From: Perkinsela sp. CCAP 1560/9
Lineage: Eukaryota > Protista > Euglenozoa: Kinetoplastea
Assembly: GCA_965644495.1 (NCBI GenBank)
Contig: CBFFSA010000006.1
Location: forward strand, 496,001 to 560,000
Reading direction: 5' to 3'
Length of the DNA: 64,000 nucleotides
Part shown: piece by piece, positions 52,029 to 61,814 of the stretch
Position numbering within the stretch: the stretch's first letter is position 1
Layout of the letters: every line of letters starts with the position of its first letter
Notes under the pieces: generated by a model
Databases searched by the model: none
What the model saw: the letters and a program-made list of their open reading frames with translations, nothing else
Told to the model about the DNA's origin: nothing
Made by a program: the position numbers and the translations under genes

Positions 52029-53066
52029 ATGCAGATACTTTCATCTACCAATGAAGACAATTCGAAGGATACACCGTTTTCCTCTTTGCGAATATTAGCG
52101 GAGTTTACGGATGGGTCATCTAAAAACGTGGAGGTAGAATCACACACGAATTTTTCTGGTGTTATTATCGATTTGATTTCCGGAACGATGGCTGGCACAA
52201 CCGCACATCTTCTCGAACACCCCTTCGACACCGTGAAAGTGCGCCTGCAAGATGAACGATGCCTCTACCGCGGACCTCTGGATGCTGTGTTCCGCATGTC
52301 ACGTCAGGAAGGCTTGTTTAGTTTTTACAGTGGTGTGCAAGCTCCACTAGTTTCCAGCTGTGTCGAGACTTCTCTTCTTTTTGCAGTATACGGCCTGCTG
52401 ACACGTACTATGCGGGATTGTTACGGATACTCAGATGTCACTGAATTGTCTCCTGTACAATTTTCACTTGCAGGGGGCGTCGCCGGTGGAGTGGTTGGGT
52501 TTGTGCTCGCCCCGCTGGATCTTGTAAAGTGTCGTCTACAAGTTCAGGACGCTCATAACCACCCTAGCCATGCGCGAACCGTCCCACACCAATACGGCGT
52601 CACGAATCCACGCTACCGGGGATTACTGCACTGCACGTTTCATGTCGCACGCAAGGAGGGTATTCGCTCGCTTTTTCGGGGCGCCACTCCAGCATTGCTA
52701 CAGCAAGCTGTAGGGACTACATTCTGGTACGGTAGCTATGAGGCGACCCGTGGAGTGCTCGCTCAACGTGAAGGCATCACACCTAGTGAACTCTCGATGA
52801 GTAAAGTCGCGTTCGCGGGTGCCGTCGCGGGGGTGTTGGATTGGGCTGTTCTGTACCCCGCTGACGTGGTTGCTACACGCATGCGAGTAAATCCGCAATA
52901 CTCTACACACTCCGTCCGTGGTGTGTTTCAGGCAGTATATCGCGAAGGAGGTGTGCGAGCACTCTACAAAGGGTGTGGAATTACCATTGTTCGCGCAATT
53001 CCTGCCCATGCGCTGTTATTCGTGACATATGAGTGGTCTCGTAAACACTTGGAGAGAATTCTTTGA
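52029..53066 (+). CDS. Mitochondrial carrier, diverged tandem paralog
   Basis: PFDTVKVRLQ, PLDLVKCRLQ, PADVVATRM; RAIPAHALLFVTYE is nearly shared with the upstream gene. Confidence 0.9.
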   Translation: MQILSSTNEDNSKDTPFSSLRILAEFTDGSSKNVEVESHTNFSGVIIDLISGTMAGTTAHLLEHPFDTVKVRLQDERCLYRGPLDAVFRMSRQEGLFSFYSGVQAPLVSSCVETSLLFAVYGLLTRTMRDCYGYSDVTELSPVQFSLAGGVAGGVVGFVLAPLDLVKCRLQVQDAHNHPSHARTVPHQYGVTNPRYRGLLHCTFHVARKEGIRSLFRGATPALLQQAVGTTFWYGSYEATRGVLAQREGITPSELSMSKVAFAGAVAGVLDWAVLYPADVVATRMRVNPQYSTHSVRGVFQAVYREGGVRALYKGCGITIVRAIPAHALLFVTYEWSRKHLERIL

Positions 53067-53115
53067 TTTATCACTAGTCCATCCAACAAAAGTAGACGCA
53101 TTTCTTAGAAATGGG

Positions 53116-53170
53116 TCTACTAGTAGAAATTACTAGTAGAAAGATTACTAGTAGAAAGATTCTACTAGAT
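53116..53170. repeat. Short tandem repeat with palindromic core TACTAGTA
   Basis: tctactagtagaaat tactagtagaaagat tactagtagaaagat tctactagat. Confidence 0.8.
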
Positions 53171-53323
53171 TCTAATAAATCTAACAGGTTCAAATAGGAG
53201 CTAATAAACTGAAAGTCGGTATTGTACTTAATAATGGATATCCATGGGGATATTAAAGGAAGAAACACAATGAAACACTAAATTTTAGTTAGTTTTTATT
53301 TATACAATTTTGTCGACACAATC

Positions 53324-53779
53324 ATGACAATAGAGTTTGAGCCCTGCGTAGAAGACTTCTATTCTTTTGAAGAGATACCTGAAGGTTCTCTTCTTATTCT
53401 TCTTCAAGTTGGTTTCGCCGGTTGCTTATCTATCGCTCTTCTCCTTGGCATGATTTCATTGATTCGACACCAATGTTTTTGTCGCGCATGGAGGAATGTA
53501 CTATGTGTAGTGGCTGGAGTGCCTATTTTCTTTACAATACTAGATAGATTGCGACAGTACCTCATAACAATGGCCAATTCTACAATTTTGATGCTTTCAA
53601 TTTCTCAAATGGAACAGAAATGGCGCGAGAGCATAACACTTCAGAATTCTTTACTACTAGGGATTATGTTTTCCGTTGCAGGCTTCTTTGCGAGTTTGGA
53701 ATGTCATTTAAAATACGTATCACTGCATCTAGAGAAACCCCCTGTTAAGACTTCATCGAAAACAACAGGTTCTTTATAA
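53324..53779 (+). CDS. Small 3-TM membrane protein (BAP31/Yet-like topology possible)
   Basis: 151-aa ORF on the coding strand with three hydrophobic segments; family not established. Confidence 0.55.
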   Translation: MTIEFEPCVEDFYSFEEIPEGSLLILLQVGFAGCLSIALLLGMISLIRHQCFCRAWRNVLCVVAGVPIFFTILDRLRQYLITMANSTILMLSISQMEQKWRESITLQNSLLLGIMFSVAGFFASLECHLKYVSLHLEKPPVKTSSKTTGSL

Positions 53780-53831
53780 GCAGTAAAATCCATTATGCTG
53801 AAAATATCATTGTTGTCTACAATGCTGTATA

Positions 53832-54550
53832 CAGGGGGGATCACCAATATCGGGACACCTCCCATTTTTGTACCATGTGTCCGTTTCACCTGATTTTTGT
53901 TGCAAAAGAGATATCTCGACGCGAATATGATCCGAACGACATTTGGCGCCTATTTAAACACACTTGTAAAAAATGGTATAAAAAAAATAAAAAACAATCT
54001 CCAAAAAATATGCAAATTTATGTAAAAATTGTGCAAATCCCGTTAAAATTGTCTATTAAAGGATACAATTCTATCCCCCGAGCATACATCCTACTTTAAG
54101 TCACCTGACTTAAACTTGATAGAAAACTTGTGGTCAATCATGCATGACTACATTCATAGTTCTTTGCGTCCGAAAAATAGGCATGAATTTCGAGAGGCCA
54201 TACCCAAGGCTATTGAATATCTCCTAACCGAAAAGCGGGATATCCTAGAGAAGACTCTGAAGAGCCTCCCAAAACGGTTAGAAGAGTTACGAAAGTGTAA
54301 CGGAGGGATTATTTCATACTAAATAACTTTTTCAATGCTTTTTAAGACATTTTTATCCACATTTTCAAATGTGCAAATTTTGAAAAAAATCGTTTTTGTC
54401 ATACACACCCTACTTTTTAGGTGTTTAAATAGGCGCAAAATGTCGTTCCGATCATATTCGCGTCGAGATCTCTCTTTTGCAACAAAAATCAGGTGAAACG
54501 GACACATGGCACAAAAATGGCGGGTGTCCCGATATTGGTGATCCCCCCTG
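53832..54550 (+). mobile_element. Internally deleted Tc1/IS630-family transposon (719 bp) with ~130-bp TIRs
   Basis: TA|CAGGGGGGATCACCAATATCGGGACACC ... GGTGTCCCGATATTGGTGATCCCCCCTG|TA; retains the transposase 3' end. Confidence 0.95.
54101..54322 (+). pseudogene. Tc1-like transposase C-terminal remnant
   Basis: In-frame SPDLNLIENLW ... SLPKRLEELRKCNGGIISY*, matching the Tc1 DDE signature and typical C-terminus. Confidence 0.92.
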
Positions 54551-54932
54551 TATATTGCAGTACAGTGCTGAAAATGCTGTGTTAGTATAATTTATACTAA
54601 CAATCTTTATAATAAGATTCTTGTGGTGCACTATATCATTTTGTTCTTGCATAAGAATTCTCATACACTTGTATGAGATATACTCGTATAAAACTCTTCC
54701 CAGAAATTTATTCCTTACGCTTCTTTAAAGACAGACAATAGGGAAAGGTACAGGAAGTTGAATTTTTGATACATTAATAATTTATTTTATATGTTTTTGA
54801 GTTGTTCACACAGTTAAAAGTGACTACATTTCTAAAACGGAGTACGACTTTCGTTACATGGTTCCCAATTCGTGTATATGAATAAAGCCTACATTTTTCT
54901 GCATTACTTTTCATTGGTATTGATTTAGATCA

Positions 54933-55973
54933 ATGTACCTTCGGCCGCTATGGCGCCCCGCGGTACACATCCGTGTCCCCATCGTACTTCGCGGTAACCT
55001 TGATTCGAAGTTCGATCTTTCCGACTTTGGCAACAGTTGTCATGCACCTACTCATTGCTTGACTTCTTATTCTGCAAAGTCCTCTCTCACTACTCCTTTC
55101 AGCGCACCAGTAGAAGTTGTCCCACTCGGGACATATCATGAGAAACCTCTCACTGATGAAGATATGCCCGATACGTTTTCTCTTGCGGAGAGCCAATCAG
55201 AACTTAGTCATCCACTAGAGAATGGAATGTTGGACTTTGACGGCGAATTTCTTGATGTAGCGGAGGAGGAAATGTTGCCTGAAGAGGTTGTAGGATATCC
55301 CACAACAATCGAGAGTCACGAAGACGACGACCGTGGTGTGTCTTCCGTATTCCCAACTTTCGTTGGGAATAAAGATACAACACTTCTTATCGACACGCTT
55401 TCGTCCTCTTCAGTAGATATTTTGCAGCCCTTTGACGACTCCTCCAGGAAATCAAATTCGAAATGTGTTGATAACACGACGAATTATACTTTGCTCTCAC
55501 CTAGCACGCCATACCGCGAAAATTATCCAGCGGAATTCTCCTTTGAAATTTCTTCTTCGTGCGGCATACACAACATTCAGAAGCTCTCTCTAAACGATAG
55601 ATGCGTCACATTCTCGGAGTCATCATCGCCCTGTGACTCTCTGGTTCCTGGATTTTTCTTTCCTCGTTCATTTCCACGCACCAAAGTGAAGAAATGGTGG
55701 ATGGACAATGATAGTTCACCCTACTTGGAACACATAACGGGATTCATTACTTTGCTTTCATTGAGAGCACTTTTATTGGATCTTACCCGCGAGCAGTGTC
55801 TGATGGGTTCGCAAATAGATGCACTGTCAAAAGCTAGTAGTGAAAAGCCAACAGATCGGCGTTACTTTTCTAACATGCTAAGATTACAGAGTACAGCATT
55901 AATTCTTAAGGAAACGATAAACATCGTGAAAAAACGCTTAGAAATTATAAACCGGCGTATTCTCAATCAATAG
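54933..55973 (+). CDS. Hypothetical acidic, Ser-rich protein with C-terminal coiled coil
   Basis: 346-aa ORF on the coding strand; no motif recognised. Confidence 0.6.
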   Translation: MYLRPLWRPAVHIRVPIVLRGNLDSKFDLSDFGNSCHAPTHCLTSYSAKSSLTTPFSAPVEVVPLGTYHEKPLTDEDMPDTFSLAESQSELSHPLENGMLDFDGEFLDVAEEEMLPEEVVGYPTTIESHEDDDRGVSSVFPTFVGNKDTTLLIDTLSSSSVDILQPFDDSSRKSNSKCVDNTTNYTLLSPSTPYRENYPAEFSFEISSSCGIHNIQKLSLNDRCVTFSESSSPCDSLVPGFFFPRSFPRTKVKKWWMDNDSSPYLEHITGFITLLSLRALLLDLTREQCLMGSQIDALSKASSEKPTDRRYFSNMLRLQSTALILKETINIVKKRLEIINRRILNQ

Positions 55974-56494
55974 CGCCGATTATTGATAGCTTAGAGTTTC
56001 TGAATGAGTTATGAATGTCATACAGTAATTCGTCTTGCTATGCATTTTTGTAAACGGAATAAGTATCATATTTTTGTGCATACAGATACCCATTTTTCTT
56101 GTTTTGCTTTTATCATATCTTTTGTGGTTTATCTTTGTGGAGAAGTGTTTCATGTTTTACCTGGCTTTTCATCAATGTCGAATAATTTAAGCTGGAGATA
56201 CCGTGTGTGTGGAGATATACTACTGTAGTGTATGTGCACTGCTTAAAAATCATATTTTTTAATCAATTTAACAAAAATATGAACGAAAAGATACCTACAA
56301 GCACTCCCACCAAAGAATCTGGTCGGAATAATATCGTTTGAATATTTGTTTATAAACCTGCGCATTTTGTGTAGTCTATTTCGTTTTATCTAGTCTATAT
56401 TTTTTTATCTTTAAATATGCACTGTGCTAATGACAGTAAATGTGATACGAACCACAGTAGGCCTACTGTTTAGGAAGGACTATTTGAACAACCA

Positions 56495-57424
56495 ATGCAA
56501 AGCATATTGGCTCTGCTCAAGGAAAATCAATGGCAACTGGCCCTTAATTCGATGGGACAAATAAAAATAGCCCCAACTATTCGGACGAACGCCGAACTTA
56601 TCGCGTTGGATCAGGCTTCCCCTCTTGAATCGTCAGTGATATCAGTTTTCTTGGAAAAATTTCTCCCTTTAAAGCGTCAGGCCTTTATTTGGGGACGTAG
56701 TCCAGGGTCACCCTCCCAACCCTGTCTTAGCTTTCAAAAAAGTTTCCATCCATCAAACTGTGACGATGCACCCAAGAAAATTACCACATGGTATGATCCC
56801 GAACTACAAAACAGCTTAATGACCTCAGGCATGAAAAACACCTTGACCAATCATTTTGCTACCGTAATAAAACGGTTAGAAAAGGCCGGGATTCGCTACT
56901 GGATTACAGGTGGGACCCTTCTAGGTGCAGTAAGACATAATGGCTTCATACCATGGGATGATGACGTCGACGTATGCGTTGATGCAAATTATGAAGCCCA
57001 ACTCTGGCAAGCATTTGAGTTTCCTCGCTATCTCGAATACAACCCCTTTGTTGGATACAAAATTTATAGTGATATCGCACCTCCAGAAGTTATATCACAG
57101 ACTTGCTATGGTGTTTTTGTTGATATTTTCCTGATGAGTGCTCACAATGGATTGTCTTACATACAGACAAGAAAGAGTGCTCGGGAGACGTGGCCGAAAG
57201 AAATATGGAGTCCTTCGGAGCTGTTTCCTTTACGTCGTTATCGCTTTGAGAATTTGAATCCATGGGGTCCTGCACAACCGGAGACGTACTTGCGAAACAT
57301 GTATGGCTCCGAAGTAATGAATCTCGGCGTAGTACCGAGGGAACAACACGGTCGTTTCCTCTCAAAAAACATTTTACATATCCCTCTCTCCATATTTCCG
57401 AACCGAAAATGCAACAACGATTGA
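56495..57424 (+). CDS. LicD/fukutin-family nucleotidyltransferase-fold protein
   Basis: [34 protein letters not shown]...F.N....[11 protein letters not shown]. Confidence 0.9.
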   Translation: MQSILALLKENQWQLALNSMGQIKIAPTIRTNAELIALDQASPLESSVISVFLEKFLPLKRQAFIWGRSPGSPSQPCLSFQKSFHPSNCDDAPKKITTWYDPELQNSLMTSGMKNTLTNHFATVIKRLEKAGIRYWITGGTLLGAVRHNGFIPWDDDVDVCVDANYEAQLWQAFEFPRYLEYNPFVGYKIYSDIAPPEVISQTCYGVFVDIFLMSAHNGLSYIQTRKSARETWPKEIWSPSELFPLRRYRFENLNPWGPAQPETYLRNMYGSEVMNLGVVPREQHGRFLSKNILHIPLSIFPNRKCNND

Positions 57425-57735
57425 TCTTTTTGACCTTTTTAAAACTATTTCTTTAAAATCTAAAAATATTCCTTCGGGAGGAAGGATATTCTTTCTGTTT
57501 TAAAAGTATATTTTTTTGAAATTGAATAATGTCAATCATGTGAAGTGTGCCAAATAAATTTTCTATACTGTAACGAGCGACGTGAAAGTTAATACCTCAT
57601 TCTAATAAACAGTAGTGTATGAGTAAGATCATCTATTGGTTTTAGATAACGAACGAAAGATTGAATGGTCAGTCTTTTTATCTCGTAGCTTCTGAATCTT
57701 TTTTACGTCGTGCAACAATATCCTGCCTTTAAATT

Positions 57736-60612
57736 ATGAACGTCTCCCACTCAAACATGCTACGGTCCTTATTTGAGGGTTCTATGGAGATCGAACGAGA
57801 GAAGCGCGAAGCGTCGGAAAAGGCGTTACGATCGCTAGCGGATCAAGTTTCGTCAAGGACAGGGCTACCTGAGGCTCTTCTTCAATTGATCTCCGAAAAG
57901 AATACTCCTGGAGAAACGTGCCAATGTGCTGCAGTATTCCTGAAAAACTTGATAAAAACTCATTGGGATGAGTCCAAAGCGGATTTTCCTCTCCAGCACG
58001 AAGACAAGGTATACATTCGAAAAAATATTCTTGAAACAATGCTTCAGTCTCCTCGACATGCGCGTAAGCTTCTTAGTCAAGCCATATACCTAATTTGTGA
58101 AACCGACTTCCCTGCAATGTGGTCTGAATTAGTTCCATATTTGGCCGACAAGCTACAGGATACGGAAAATGTGGATGTCATACAAGCCACACTCGAAATA
58201 CTGCATAGCATCCTTACTCGGTACAGAAATCAACATTGTCTCAGTGAGTCAATAATTCCTGAACTCCTAGAGATAAATCGGCGAATCGCGATACCGTTGT
58301 TGAAAAACCTTGAGCAATCCCATCTAAAATGCCGTGTGTCCATCTCCATAATATGTACCGATGTATTTTATGATCTGTGCTTCCTAGATTTCGGAAACGA
58401 AGTAGAATCCACATTATCCAGATGGATGGATTGCTTTTTGAAGCTTTTAAATCTTGAAGGTACACATGAGCATGATCTTTACTGCACCTTACGAAAAAGT
58501 ATCATTGCCACGCTCGCTCTTTTTTTGACCAAATATGACGAAGAATTTAGTCCATACTTACAGCCCTTTGTTGAGATTGTGTGGAAAATGCTTCAAGGTA
58601 AAGTCAGCGAGACGGATGACGAAACTCTCATTTCAGCCATGGATTTCTTAACTGCAGCTATGAAAGGTATGCATTGGCGTCTCTTTACGGAAATCAGCAT
58701 GCGTCGCGCAATCTGTGAACATGTAGTACTTAGCAATGTTATGCTACGTCCTGCCGATGTAGAATTATTTGAAAATGAGCCAAAAGAGTACGTGCAACGA
58801 GACATTGAAGGTAGTGATGCTCACACACGAAGGCGGTCGGCATGTGATCTTGCACGTGCCTTACTATCTGATCGCTTCCAACCAACAACAATAACTATTC
58901 TTCAAGAATTAATACAATTTAATTTACAAGAAGCAAGCCCTTCGAATGTACCTCGTTGGATAAAAGTTGACGCCGCTTTATATTTGATAGCTACCTTGAG
59001 CTCTGGTCAGAAAGCGTCCAGTCGTGCTTCCGTCACATTATGCGACGTCACTCAGATTTACGAAACATACGTGGTGGATGAGATCAAAAATATAGTTATT
59101 CAAGAAGGGGTGTCACATCCAGTGTTGAAAGCGGCGTGCCTTAAATATGTTTGTTGCTTTCGTCACCTTATTGGCAAGCAACGGCTTTTGAATATATTCC
59201 CATTTCTCTTAAAATGGGTATCTCATCCGCACGAAGTGCTTGTGACTTATTCTGCGCATTGTGTAGTGCAGGTGCTCAATCGGAAGGAATCCATATTACG
59301 TTTTTCAGACATAGCGCCATACTCGCTGTCCTGCACGGAAAATCTTATGCAGAGCATGGCAACGCATGAGATCCACAATGAGAAAGTTGCTAAAGCATTG
59401 TTATGCGTTATTTCGATTTCTGAGGGCGGACTTGAGAAGGTTGTGGAACCCCTATGTTACGCCTTACAAAAACAAATAGTAATTTTCGTAAAAACCCCAA
59501 GCAATCCGCTTTACAATCACTACATATTCGAAATTCTATCGAGGCTTATGGATAGCTACAATAAAACTCATTTAAATACTCTGGATACCGTTTTGTGGGA
59601 AACATTGATGGGCATCTTAACCAACGACGAACACATTTTTATGCCGTACGTTTTTCAGATCATTGCTCAGTTCGTACACTTCACACCTTCGTTACCTGCC
59701 AAGTACGGACAACTATTAGGTCCGCTCTTGGATGCCAAACTATATACTCAGAAGCGACTTGTTCCGTCTCTCGTAAGACTTCTCGAGGCCTATCTTGAGC
59801 GTCACGCTACAGCTTTGTACGAAGCTGGGCACGCGCCTTCTGTTTTGAACATATTTCGTATGTTGGCTCTTTCAAAATTGACAGATCACGAAGGCTTTAA
59901 CCTTTTGGCTGCTTTTTCCCGTTATTCGTCGGCTGATTTAACCATTCAATACCTTCCTGAGATATTTCGCGTTATTTTCGAGCGCCTATCGAGCGCAAAA
60001 ACTACGAAACTAATTCGTTGCGTCATTCTCTATTTAAGCCTACTTGTGGTTCATCTAGAAAAGGGCCCGCATATACTCTTTTCTACCATGGAAGGCATTC
60101 AACAAGGAATTTTTTCCAATCTTGTGATGAACATTTGGCTACCAAATGCAGGAAAAATTATCGGTGGATCTGAGCGTAAGCTTGTTATTGCTGCGCTTGG
60201 GCTAATCGTTACCGATTGCGCAGAAATACAAGCTCCGACGAACCAGTTCGTTGACCTTTGGCAGCACTGCGTCTATACCCTCTGTCGCGTGCATCATTGC
60301 GGACACGACCCCACTGAAACGCAGGGAGTAATTGATACTCCAGAAAGCGTATTGACATCTGCACCTGTTGATGTCGGTCAAAATCCTGAAGAACAAGACG
60401 AATTGGCTTTGGGTACCGGAACACTACTTTCTTTTCACAGTACGCCGCATGACATTTTGCCTCTTGTGACTGATCCGTGGTCGGACTTCATAAGAAACCT
60501 TAGCCGTTTTCTGACTCCTGACTGTCCACATAGGCAATGGTATCTAGACTCTCTTCGCCGTTTACCTCTTGAAGCATGTAAAATTTTTAAGAATATTTTT
60601 CCCGAATTATAG
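57736..60612 (+). CDS. CSE1: Exportin-2 / Cse1 (CAS)
   Basis: AVFLKN.IK.HW, DFPAMW, KYDEEF, ELFENEPKEYVQRDIEGSDAHTRRRSACDL, NPLYNHYIFE, FMPYVFQI. Confidence 0.94.
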   Translation: MNVSHSNMLRSLFEGSMEIEREKREASEKALRSLADQVSSRTGLPEALLQLISEKNTPGETCQCAAVFLKNLIKTHWDESKADFPLQHEDKVYIRKNILETMLQSPRHARKLLSQAIYLICETDFPAMWSELVPYLADKLQDTENVDVIQATLEILHSILTRYRNQHCLSESIIPELLEINRRIAIPLLKNLEQSHLKCRVSISIICTDVFYDLCFLDFGNEVESTLSRWMDCFLKLLNLEGTHEHDLYCTLRKSIIATLALFLTKYDEEFSPYLQPFVEIVWKMLQGKVSETDDETLISAMDFLTAAMKGMHWRLFTEISMRRAICEHVVLSNVMLRPADVELFENEPKEYVQRDIEGSDAHTRRRSACDLARALLSDRFQPTTITILQELIQFNLQEASPSNVPRWIKVDAALYLIATLSSGQKASSRASVTLCDVTQIYETYVVDEIKNIVIQEGVSHPVLKAACLKYVCCFRHLIGKQRLLNIFPFLLKWVSHPHEVLVTYSAHCVVQVLNRKESILRFSDIAPYSLSCTENLMQSMATHEIHNEKVAKALLCVISISEGGLEKVVEPLCYALQKQIVIFVKTPSNPLYNHYIFEILSRLMDSYNKTHLNTLDTVLWETLMGILTNDEHIFMPYVFQIIAQFVHFTPSLPAKYGQLLGPLLDAKLYTQKRLVPSLVRLLEAYLERHATALYEAGHAPSVLNIFRMLALSKLTDHEGFNLLAAFSRYSSADLTIQYLPEIFRVIFERLSSAKTTKLIRCVILYLSLLVVHLEKGPHILFSTMEGIQQGIFSNLVMNIWLPNAGKIIGGSERKLVIAALGLIVTDCAEIQAPTNQFVDLWQHCVYTLCRVHHCGHDPTETQGVIDTPESVLTSAPVDVGQNPEEQDELALGTGTLLSFHSTPHDILPLVTDPWSDFIRNLSRFLTPDCPHRQWYLDSLRRLPLEACKIFKNIFPEL

Positions 60613-61814
60613 CATATACATGCTGTACATCATGCGGATAACGTGCAGAATACGCACCGAACCTTTTACATTTTCTATGAGTTTTACATTTTCTATGAAT
60701 TCGAATAAAACGTTTTTTGCCAAGCTCGTACAAAAACAAGACATTCGGATTAGTAATGTCATGGGCTCAACTCACAAAGTAACTATTTTGCGTTGAAGAT
60801 AACGAAATTTTCTTATAGGCCACGAACCTTGGAGTGACTTTTCAAATGTTTTTTTGAAAATGTTTTTGGGTGGTGAATCCTCTATTGCGAATCTGTCGTT
60901 CATCTCTCTTATTCGTAGTGTTTCTCATATACATGGATGTAGAAACGTTCATAAAAATTTGTGGCTATATGACGCGTTCATTATTCAGTATCACAGGATA
61001 GCAATGTTACTAGTAATGCAGTATTCGTATCACAATTGCTCTGGTTATTGCTCAGGTTATAGTACTACAGTTATACAACCTATACCTATTGTTTTAGAAT
61101 TTTTAATTTCTGTAAATTCGAAAAATTTTTAATTTACTGCATTCTAAAAATGTAAGCATTTGATACCTTAACCTGCACTTTTCATCTGAAAACTATGTAT
61201 CAATCCGTCTTAGAGTGTTTTCACGAGAAACTTCGCGCCTTGGAAAATCGAATCCAACGAATTAACAATCAAAAAGATGAACTTGAAATGTCTCCGCGAT
61301 CTCTGCAAATCAGAAGCGATACGTCTCCTCTCAGCGCTGCGGAAACTCACAATGCATAATAAAGCGTGTTCAATTCTCTTCTATTAGCTTGGACAGATCG
61401 AGTATTATTGGATGTGGGAGGACGACGTACCGCTCATGATGTGCAAATAACCAAATGGAGAATAACCAATGGAGCTACAAAACAACAAGGGAGTCAGAAT
61501 CAATTAAAGAGCGTTTGCTTCTTTTTACTTTTAAAATGCGCCTCCTCGCCGTAGTTCTTTTCCACAAGATACGCAAGACCTTAAAAATAGTCTATATGAC
61601 TCTTGCAGGGTTTCAGTGCTCTCGAAGTTTTATGAGTTCCTCAAGTTAGTGAGTTATCTTACGAATAAGTTTTGCTTCATTAAGGCGTCACTCTTTTAAA
61701 AAAGGAATTTAAAGAACGCTCTTTTAAAAAAACGTTAGTGCTCAAGTATTGTGTAACTAAACGTGGCATGCGCAAAGAGAAGGACGTCTATGTATTACAT
61801 CATTTTTCCCTTAC

